A model generated the notes under the pieces. The model saw only the letters and a list, made by a program, of their open reading frames with translations. It did not search any database and was not told the DNA's origin. This document shows, in pieces, positions 52,765 to 64,000 of a stretch of DNA of 64,000 nt; position 1 is the stretch's first letter; the number at the start of each line of letters is the position of its first letter. Source of the stretch: the human T2T-CHM13v2.0 reference genome, Homo sapiens; the NCBI RefSeq assembly GCF_009914755.1, contig NC_060935.1; one strand, written 5' to 3'. Both the position numbers and the translations under genes were made by a program.

Positions 52765-55700
52765 TATTCAATGAACATTTGTTGAGAGCATACCACATTC
52801 CTGACACTGTTCTAGATTGTTGTTCATTATGTATGTAGAAGTCATGTACAAAGATGTAATGTACATTATGTACATTAATGTACAACAGCCTAGAACAGTG
52901 TCAGAAATGCACATTAAATTACATATGAATAAATCTTTATGTTATGGAACTTATTTGTTGTAAAGAAATGAATAATAATAAATAAGCCTATAATATAATG
53001 AAAAGTCATGTAAGTAATATGAATAAAAATCCAGCCACATGAGACAATGGAAAATGACTGATATGGTTTGTCTGTGTCCCCAACCAAATCTCATCTTGAA
53101 TTGTAGCTCCCATAATTCCCATGTGTCATGTGAGGGACTCAGTGGGAGGTAATTGAATCATGGAGGTGGGTCTTTCCTATGCTGTTCTTGTGATCGTGAA
53201 TAAGTCTCATGAGATCTGATGGTTTCATAAAGGGGAGCTCCCCTGGACATACCCTCTTGCCTGCCATCATGTAAGACATGACTTTGCTTCTCATTCGCTT
53301 TCCACCATGATTGTGAGGCCTCCCCAGCCATGTGGAACTGTGAGTCAATTAAACCCCTTTCCTTTATAAATTACCCAGTCTCAGCTATGTCTTTATTAGC
53401 AGTGTGAGAACAGGCTAATACGATGACTAATAGAGACATTTGATTTTAGATAGGGTTGTCACAGAAGAGTCAGGGATAAGGAAAAGGGATATATGAAGAT
53501 CAGTCTAGTAAAGAATGTTGAGGCAAGAGGAACAACAATGAAAAACTTTGATGCAATAATAAGTGTGGTGTATTTTAATACCAAGAAGAAGGCCAAATGT
53601 CTAAATGGGTAAGAGAAGATATTGGAGACATACATAGGAGCCAGACGATATAGCACCTTTTAAACAGTATGAATGGTTATTGCAGGATTTTGAGGAGAAG
53701 TGTGGCATAAACTATTATAAATTTTACAAAATTCATGCTGGCTGCTTTGAGGATGATTGAGTGAAGTGGGCAAACATGAAGGCCAGTGAGGCCACTTCAG
53801 AAGACTTCACACGGGTATTAGTGATAGATACAAGTGGCTTTTATTATGGTGGAAAATGCTTCAGGATATATTTTGAAGATAAATCTGGCAGGTGTTTCAG
53901 ATTGTCTGGAATAGGGGTATAATAAGAAAATGAGAAAAGTTAAAAATGGCAGTAAGTTTCTTGGGTCAAGTAGTTGAGTACACAGTGATGCCTATCACTA
54001 AAATAAGGAAGACAGGGAGTGAGAAAAAGTTGTAGTGAACAATGAAGAGCTCTGCCTTGGAAATGATATAGTTGAGAGGCAGATTACAATTGCAAGGGGC
54101 TGGTGAGTGGGAAGGCGTATATATAAGCTTGAAACATGGGAGATGTATACAGCTAGAACTATATGTTCAGCAGGTAGATGATATTTAAAAGCATACAATT
54201 AGATAAGTTCATCTCAGGGACTAGTGAAGATAAAGGAGAGATGAGTTCCAAGACTGGATCCTGGAACTGCTCCAGCATTTATTAATAAGGAAAATGAAGT
54301 GAGGCTAGCTAAAAATACTGAGAAGGAGGTGTGCATGATGCAGAAAAAAAGCCAGAATTCTGCGTTCCAGAAGTCAAGTGAAGGAAATGTTTCAAGAAGG
54401 ACATTTATTTTGTAAAATGCTGTTGAGAAGTCAACAAGGACTAAGATTTGGCATTTGAGTTTGGCAAGATGGTGGTCGCTTGTAACAAGGGTAATTTCAG
54501 TGAAGTTGTGTGGAGTAAAGCCTGAAGAGAGTGGATTCAAGAGAAAAGGTGAGATGAAAAGAAGAAAATCAGTGCAGTCTATACTTTTGAGAAGTTTTGC
54601 TATAACATGGAGCAGAGAAATCATCAGATATTTGCGATGCTTCATGAAACAATGGGTGTAGGCATTTTGTTTTGTTTTATTTTTTGATGGAACATATTAC
54701 AGTAGATTTTCATTCTGATGGACATAATTCAGTAGAATAAGATAAACTGATGACAAACAAAGATATTAAATTTCAGAACCATGTTGTTACATTGATGACA
54801 ATGTAAGAATCAGTGTGCAAATGTAAGACTTATTCTTAGGAATGTAGGGTTCATTGATTGTAACAGGAAGGAAGATAAATGCTTTGGTACAGATGAAGGA
54901 TTATTGATAGATTTGGTGGTGGGCAAATTAGATAAGTTCACTTATAATTGCTTCTATTTTCTCAGCAAAATAAGACATAAGACTATCAGTCAACAGTCAG
55001 TAGAAAGTGAGAGGGTGAATTGGCTAGTAGATGAGTTCTCATCTGTAGCTTGTGGTAAAAAATTCAAAAACTAAAGAGCATGGCTATCAGTTTCCTCCAA
55101 TTATGTTTAGTAATAGGAAAAGCATAGGTGAAGAGTTAGATTTTGACAGAGAAATACAATCAAAGTGGGGAAGGAGAAGGCAGATGAAAGAGGTAAAGTA
55201 TGGGAGTTAAAACTGTGCATAAGGGAGTGGTTTTCATTATTAAGGTAAACTGGGGAATGAGAGAGTGGAAGACCTGATGGAGTTTATGGCAAATAAAATA
55301 AATAGTAAGATCAATTAATTGGACTAAAGATGAGAGTGATTAATTGCCAGAGTGTGGGGGGCATAATAAATTAGTTGGAATCTTTATCATACATTTTGAT
55401 ATTTAAAACTAAGATTTTAAAGGTGGTACAGCTACAGATCATAATAAAGTCTAGTGTACATTTATTGAAACAATAGCTAAAGAAGTGTAAGGAAAAATAG
55501 AGTTTGAGTTGAGACAATCAAGAACTGAGATACTAAACTGCTGAGTAAATCATATCTGTAAATGTTCAAATCATCAAGGACACAGTGACTCAGTACTAAA
55601 ACCTCGAATAGTTAAAGAACATTTGAGAGGTCTGTATGTGACTCCATATAAAAGGATGGCTAGATGGTATAATCTGAGGGAATGTACTTCAGAAGAGCTG
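52765..55700 (-). mobile_element. Long L2 fragment split by THE1
   Basis: attcaatgaacatttgttgagagca at the 3' end; body motifs ggatatattttgaagataaa, cagaagtcaagtgaaggaaatgtttcaagaagg, aattgcttctattttctcag. Confidence 0.75.
53059..53422 (+). mobile_element. THE1 (THE1C-like) MaLR solo LTR
   Basis: tgatatggtttg.ctgtgtcccca.ccaaatctcatcttgaattgtagctcccataattccc...ctaatac; perfect 5-bp TSD ATGAC. Confidence 0.93.
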
Positions 55701-55803
55701 TATTTCTCTCTAGAAGGAGAAGGAGAAGCTTTCTCAATATAGAAATATGATTTAAGGATACCTACCCCAAACCTAGGCCCCATGGTAAATAGGGTTTGGT
55801 AAC

Positions 55804-55926
55804 ATTATCTTCATCATCCTCATCATCCTCCTTATCATCATCATTATCATAATCATCTTCAATACTATTACCATTAGTGTTAGTAGTAGTATTGGTACTG
55901 GTGATAATACACACACACATACACAT
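55804..55926. repeat. Compound simple repeat (CAT)n/(TAG)n/(CA)n
   Basis: tcatcatcctcatcatcctccttatcatcatcatt..., tagtagtagt, acacacacac. Confidence 0.85.
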
Positions 55927-57239
55927 CTCAGATTTATCATATGTTGAATAAGGGTCTTCAAAATCTCTTTTAGGACAAAATATGCTATGTTTTCGTGAAT
56001 CCATGATTCGACCTGAAGAAGAAGGAAAGAACTGGACATCCAGATGAGTACATTGATATCGAAGAAAAAAAGAGGTCCTTTCTTTATTCCATTCCCCTTC
56101 ATGTCTCTACCTAGGACAGTATCTGAAAGTAGTAGACAATCAGTAGTACTTTTGGAAGAAAGGACAAAATACAGAAAGTCAGGACCGAAAGAGGAAAGGT
56201 TGCAGGTTAGGGGCTCAAGCCTGCTGTCATGTTTTTTTGCCACAGCTCTAGTACACATATCCTGATTACACTGAAGAAGGATTAGGCTCAGATCAGAGTG
56301 GGACACTTCCATATCAGGCAGTCTTCATATAGAGAAGGAAATTAAATTCTCTTGTCCTTAGAAAGCCCAAAGTTCCATAGCAGCTGTGTTTATATTTTTC
56401 TAGTTCCCTAAGGAAGCAGGCAGTAGAAGGGAAATGTGCTTCTGACTTAGAGTGGTATGCAACTTTTTAATTTAGCCAGCACCACTCTCAAAGTTTCACC
56501 TGCTTCTGAGAAAGTTATCTCAGGCATATATTTTCAGAAAGCTTTTTCTTTTTGGTGCAAGCTTTTGCATTCTAGGGGGAACTGCTACTCCATTCCACTC
56601 AGCTTTGCACTGCAACACATTCTCAAGCAGTTTCTGTCTCAGAGTATCCCACAGGCACAGCTTCATCATAATGGCACTTAGCATCTCCATAGTACTTATT
56701 ATCTTGGAGGCACTCTACAAACATTAGCTAATTAGTCCTTGTGGAAAAAAAGGTCTTGTGGAAAAAAACATGCCTATTCATATTCTAGGAGTGGCCAACT
56801 GAAATGAAGAGGCAATATCAATAGATCTGTTTACAAGGCCACAGAGAGAAAAGAGTGGCATTTAGGACTTGTCAAAATATGGTCCCCAAGGTAATGCTAA
56901 ATATAACTACAAATCTTGTCACCATTTGAAGATTATTACTAATCTTATTCCTTTAATTTTTTGGTGAAAATGATTGCATTTAAAGAAACAGCATATGAGT
57001 TAATATTAATAAGGAAAAATAACTGATTTGATAGCAATAGGTGAATAACTCTACAGGCATAGATATTTAGGGGTGAGACTTATTAATCTGTGCTAATAAT
57101 TTGTCAAATTTAAATTATCTCTTTCACTGAACACCAAAAATAAAATAACTCCTGGCCGTGCCATTTTATGATATTCTATTTAGACAACATCTTTTATAGA
57201 CTTATGTTTTCCATTGTTCTCACCATGCCTACATCTAAA

Positions 57240-57790
57240 ACTGTCTATTGAGTACTCAATATATACTAGGTGTTCTGTAAGACACTGATTGTAGAGTGGT
57301 TTGTAAGATAAGAAAGGTCCTTGTATTTAATATGTTTTCTGTCTAATGAAGAAGACAGGGAGCTAAATGCACAATTACCATGAGACTTATGATTCTCTCA
57401 GAATAGTAGGACACCATGGACATGATTAAGGGTGGGTCAAAGGCAAGGAAAAAATCCTAGATGAAGGAATATTTAAGGGCGATCTAATGTATGCATAGAA
57501 ATTAGGCAGATAAAGAGGTGAAAGGGTGAGTTTGGTCTATATTTCATTATAGTAATAAAATCTAACTACTGACATGTATATTGTTTAATAATGTATACTA
57601 TGTTTTCAAATTTATTATTGAATAGGAGATGCCTAACCCTCCTCAGAGAAAGCCAGGCATGGAATTACTGTCACCATGTAAGACCTGAGGAAGAAGAAAC
57701 CCCAAAAGTTAAAGTAGGCAAGACTTGATAGCTGAAAAGTATCATAGCTGGAGCTCCAGCTCAGGAATTAAATCCTATTCACCATGATAA
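57240..57790 (-). mobile_element. L2 3' fragment followed by a MIR
   Basis: ctattgagtactcaatatatactaggtg (L2); cctcagagaaagccaggcatggaattactgtcacc...aaagttaaagta (MIR). Confidence 0.5.
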
Positions 57791-58855
57791 TTAGAAAAAA
57801 AATCAGATGGAGAAATTAGCTTTCTCATTTTTAGCCCTGATTTAATCATAAAGTTCTTTCTCTAGATTTGTCTAGAGGTACATTTCATGGCCTGTTCCTC
57901 CCAAATGTCCAACTTCATTTGCTACCTAAAATTAAAGTAGGCCCTCTTTTTTCTTCTGAAAGACATTGTACTCCCAACAAAAATGGGAAATTTTCTTCAT
58001 AAACAAGTAACACTCTAACACACTGGAAATAAAATCCCCTAAGAAGATATATTAGACCTCTTCATCAATACAGCCAGGTAACCTGTTTTCTTAGCTTTGA
58101 AATCACATAGTAGCAGCAGAAGGTGTTAAGAATGAAAAAGCACTTATTTAAAACACAAATATTCATGATAGTAGCAGCAGTGTATAACGGAACTGACCAG
58201 GGAAATTGGTTTTTGAATAATTGTATTTATTGTATTTTCCTTCACTGGTAGTAATAAATATCTCTCTGGAAGAAACATACAAGCAGTCCTGGATGTTGAA
58301 CATTTCCATAAATTAGCAGTGTCCCCATGGAGGGGCTCAGTTTTTCTGCACCCCTCCATTGCAGTGACATAGTTTGGGGCTAGATAATAGAGAGTTAACT
58401 GGAGCTCCAGTTTGTGCCTCATTCAGCTACCTTGTACTATGCTGCCATATTTTGAATCAAAGTCCCAACTTCCAGCTCTGATACGGAAATTGGTATTTCC
58501 AATAATCTCTATAGATCACAGCTCTATAATTTCAGACATGGTGATTGATGTGTTCATGGTTTCATACCCACACCAAGCGTGTTTTGCACATTATTCAATA
58601 GCATTTGTTCAGCAATTATTTTAGCTTCTCCTCTTGCCAGCTTTATGCTTAACAAAGACAATAGAAATACAATAAAGAAGACAGGCATATTCTCATATCC
58701 TGAATATGAGATCAGACCAATATTAATCCAACAATCATTCATATAAATGTGGAATTCTATGAAGACTTCCATAGAATAAAGAAAAATAATGCTAGAAGAA
58801 CATAGAATAGGTGAGCCTCGCCTAGTCTAGGGGAATAAGAAAGTCTCTTCTAAGT

Positions 58856-60200
<1,345 letters not shown>

Positions 60201-60231
60201 ATAAATTGGGCTAAAAAGGTAGGTTAGGGAA

Positions 60232-61621
60232 TGTATTAGTTTCTAGGGCTGCTGTAACAAATTAGCATATATTAAGTGGCTTAACAGAACAGAAACGTAT
60301 TCTTTCACAGTTTTGGAAGCTAGGAGTCTGAAATCAAGGTGTCATTGGGTTGGCTCTTTCTGGAGGTTCTTGAGGAGAGGCTGTTTTACATCATTCTTCT
60401 AGCTTCTAGTCTCTACTGCCAATCGTTGACATCCCTTGTTTTGTAGACACATCACTCCAGTCTTTACCTCCATCTTCACATTGCCCCATTGACTTCTTCT
60501 CTACATCTGTGTGTCTTCTTCTTTTTAAAGACACAAGTCACTAGATTTAGAGGCCACCCTAAGTCCAGGATGATTTTTTTTTGAGGTTCTTAATTACATC
60601 TGCAAATACTTTATTTCCAGATGAAGTGGGATTTCCCTGACCCCTTTGCAGGACTTACAACAGGGGTGCTTCATTTACTCAGCCCCCTGCTCTCAACTCC
60701 TCACAGAAAGGAGTGCACAAGCGAACAAGTGTGGGAACTGGAGTGAATGAACACTGGAACCGGCCAGCCCCTTCGGTGCTGGCAGGACCAAACTCCACTC
60801 ACTTGGACCCATTGTGTTCTACCCCTTACAGGAGGGAGCACACAGGTGAGCAGGTGCAGGAACCAGCCGGACAATTTGCCGCCAGCAGGAATGAACTCCA
60901 AGCAGGCCCCACTGCAGTATCCAGGTCGGGGTGCCTGTGACTTCTGAAGCCACAGAGGGTGTGTTACAGTGCTTTTTAGCTTAAGTATTAACAGCTCAGT
61001 GAGCCCTTTGCCTTTCTGCATGAGGTGGTTGCCCTGAGTCAGCAAGAGCAGAGAGTCAGTGCGACAGCCTTTCATATCCACATTTGTGGCTCCCAAGCTC
61101 TTGTCTGGCATCTGGGAAAAAAAGGCTGCAAGAATAAATTGAAGGACGGTAAATGTGGGGGATTTTATTGCTGGTGAAAGTGGCTGTCAGTGGGAAGGGA
61201 AACTGGAAAGGGGACTGGGTGGGTAGACGATCTTTCCCCGAAGTCTGGCCATCTCCAGCTGGATTCTTCTCCAAAGTTACGCTGTCAAGCTGTCCTTCTG
61301 ATGTCAAGCTACTTCTCTCTGATGTCCAGCTGTAGTCCCAATTAGCAGCTGAGTTGGGTTTTTATAGGCACAGGATGGGGCAGGGTGGGGCCATGGGTGG
61401 TTTAGGAAAAGGCAACATTCGAGCCAGAAAACAGGGATAGAAGTTCTCACTTTGAGCCACAGTTTCAGGCTTTTTGGCTTGAGGGTGGGGTTTTGCCAGG
61501 CACCTGCCCTTTTCTGCCTTGAATTTCTCTGCCCCCTGTCCCTATTACAAATAAAGTCATATTCTCAGGTGCTCAGGTACTTAGACATATCTTTTTGGGA
61601 GAAACAATTTAGCCAAATACA
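60232..61621 (-). mobile_element. MLT1C-like MaLR LTR split by an ERV1 LTR
   Basis: tgtattagtttctagggctgctgtaacaaatta...ttacatctgcaaatactttatttcc, then aaataaagtcatattctcagg...aaataca; TSD gggaa/gtgaa. Confidence 0.85.
60622..61547 (-). mobile_element. ERV1 solo LTR (LTR27/LTR28/MER52 group)
   Basis: The reverse complement begins taatagggacagggggcagagaaattc...aaaaccccaccctcaagcc...cctgtgcctataaaaacc; 4-bp TSD caga/caaa restores the MLT1C. Confidence 0.75.
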
Positions 61622-62069
61622 GTGAAATAGCAACACATGGATGACAAGGCATGCAGAAGGTGAGATTACATAGGGAGAAGGTGTAGATTTCTCAGGGACA
61701 GAGTGAAGAATGGAACTTTGAGGGGAAACAAAATATTTAAGAAGACTGAGGAAAAGTGATTATGATACTATGATGTCTCAAAAATCAAAAGAATGGAGTA
61801 CTTCAGTAAGAAAAAGACAGTAATGACAAATACAGCAGAAGGTTAAAAAGCATCTACTGAAATTGTCAATAAAATGGTAGTTGATGACTTTACATTAAAA
61901 AATTTCAGTGGAGTGATATAAAATCTTTACCAGATCCACAATGTAGACAATGTTCTCTAAAATTTCAGAGACCAGCATAAATATGTGAATTTGGTTAGAA
62001 TTACAAGCAATAAATGTTGAAGCAAACATTTGAATTCACATCTGTCTCCCTAACTCGTAGCGGTGTTAT

Positions 62070-62420
62070 ATAACAGAAAATGCAGCTGTTGAGTCAGCTA
62101 CTTCTAGCTGTGTGATATTGGATATATCAACGAATTTCCTTGAACCTCAGGTTTTACATCTGAAGAAGCAGATTAATGGTCATATCTGCTCCCCAGGATG
62201 ATTGTAAGGAAGAACACAGAAAATTGAAGTTAAAAGTGCATTGGAGTCAGGCACAGTGGTACATGTCTGTAGACCCAGCTACTCAGGAGGCTGAGGTGGT
62301 GGGATCCCTTGAGCCAAGGAATTCAAGTTCAGGCTAGGCAACATAGCAAGACTTCCTCTTTAAAACAAAAGTGCATTAGAAATTTCAGTTGGCTGTAAAA
62401 ATGCATATTATCATTCTTCC
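62070..62420 (+). mobile_element. MIR interrupted by a FLAM-type Alu monomer (62245-62370)
   Basis: MIR core ctagctgtgtgatattgg...cctcaggttttacatctg; monomer flanked by the TSD aaaagtgcatt. Confidence 0.75.
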
Positions 62421-63699
62421 CATAAAAGTTGATATCAATAAGGAGATTATATTTAGAGATAAAATGTTTTAGCATGTAGTAGTATTGGCAGCAGTATTTA
62501 TAAGTGGGCCCACATGTAACATGGAATTGCTTCCCTGTTTGTATTGTATTGGTTACCGGTAGCCCTTCTTTTTACACAATTTTAGAAAGACAAATCTATG
62601 TAAATTTGATAAGAATATATCAAATTTCTTAACATATAAATAACATATAAATTTCTTAACATATAAATATATGTTAAGGTTACGTAGTTTTGTAAGTACA
62701 GTTGTTGGAACCTGGCTGAAAAATGTACTTGATGTTTTTCTTGTCAAATGTCTTTTTGTCATTACAGTACAGTGACACAAATGAGAATGATTCATACAGG
62801 AAATAAGAACTAGGAAACAGAATTGAAGTTGTTGGTGGCATCTTTTAAAGAAGTGGCCCAGGAGGAAAGGGACTAAATATATGCTATGACTAAATAGAAT
62901 CCACAGGAACTAGGAAATAGAATTCAAGTTGTTAGTGACATCTTTTGAAGAAGTAGCCTAGGGAAAAAAGTGATTAAATATATTGGATATATTTTCAGAG
63001 TAACTATAAGGGAAAGAAAGGAAAACAGTGAAATTCCATATTTACCACTGTATATGAAGATGTTCATGATTATATAGATTAAAAAATAAAATACATGAGT
63101 ACTTAAAATTATAATAATATACCAAGGAAATACTATTTGTATTTTTGTAGTAATTAAAACCAGGAAGTAATGGATTTTCATTTTATATTTTAATCAATCT
63201 ACTTATTAAGACAATAATTACATGTACAATATGAGTTCTGGTTAACTGAGAAAGGGAAGATCACAAAATGGCAAAATCTTTGCCACACAGAATAATATTG
63301 CTCATGAGAAGAGATTTAGATAGTAAAAAATAGTGTCCTAAGGTAGTAGGATTTTGGGTATTTTCTAATTTTCTTTTAAATAGTTGCTAGGTTGCTAGGC
63401 TTTTATATGTTTTTGAATAAAATAAGAAATGTATGTTTGAAATTAGATCTTAAGAAATTAATTTAACCAGCACATTACATTGTGTTTCTTTCTTCAGCAC
63501 TCTCCCACTCCCTTTCAAATTTTCCTTGTTTGTTACAACCAACTCCATAATCTTTTTATTCTCTCAGGAATAACCTTAACTTCTTTTAATATAGAAAACT
63601 GATGCCAACAGATTGGTATTATCCCAACTTTCTGCCACCAAATCAACACCTAATCATACCTTTACCAATCTCTTCTTCCTACTAGATAAAGAAGGAATT

Positions 63700-63990
63700 T
63701 ACCTGCAGTCTCAGAAACCCAACCTAAGCATGCTCAAAGTAGAATGTATTGGCTTATTTTATCTGAATATCTGAAAATTGAGCTGAATTTCAGCACAGGC
63801 CTATCCAACAATATCATCGGAGCTCTGTCTCCTATCTTGGTTCTACTTTATTGGCCTCATTCTCACACAGATTCCCTCAGTTATATTTGTGTATATGTGC
63901 TACGTTCTTTTTTTTTTTAATCATATTCTCAAATGAGAACTTAATTCTGTGAGAGTACAAGGACTACAGATTCACAGCTGGGAACTATGC
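63700..63990 (-). mobile_element. Old MaLR/ERVL LTR fragment (MLT1K/J-like)
   Basis: cagaaacccaac...tgtattggctta...ttcagcacaggc...ttggcctcattctca; highly decayed. Confidence 0.4.
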
Positions 63991-64000
63991 ACAAATGTAA

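Noticed and set aside
54214-54645. 143-aa ORF with faint RT-like words (GFTPHNFTEITL, LVDFSTAF)
   Set aside because: Decayed L2 ORF2 remnant, not a host gene.
55762-56312. 179-aa ORF and an acidic Asp-rich ORF
   Set aside because: Driven by a (CAT)n simple repeat and decayed L2; no domain or exon structure.

Overview
Human non-coding genomic DNA. The species call rests on a near-consensus AluYb8 at 35425-35744, a human-specific subfamily. The window is AT-rich and dominated by interspersed repeats: about 18 Alu copies, L1, L2 and MIR fragments, hAT MITEs and many LTR/ERV elements. No host protein-coding exon, rRNA, functional tRNA or CRISPR array is supported; the ORF track is explained by repeats and low-complexity sequence. 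The main structure is an 11.4-kb nested ERV1 cluster (20787-32217). It is a two-LTR MER89-type provirus containing (i) a solo LTR12C, (ii) a second MER34-group ERV in permuted order (internal-PPT-LTR-PBS-leader) that carries a tRNA-Glu-derived segment, and (iii) an LTR1/HUERS-P-type provirus with a tRNA-Pro PBS and decayed gag, whose 3' LTR position holds a 308-bp TGTTATG...CATAACA-bounded segment of inverted gag. The cluster ends in a nearly identical 225-bp templated duplication. Also present are a two-LTR MER65-type provirus (44325-52227), a twin-primed L1 with an extra 3'UTR micro-inversion (1317-3573), and three templated DNA-repair scars within 460 bp (52455-52909). Repeat subfamily names come from recalled consensus sequences and need RepeatMasker/Dfam confirmation. 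I found unusual rearrangements but no evidence of a new functional gene system.
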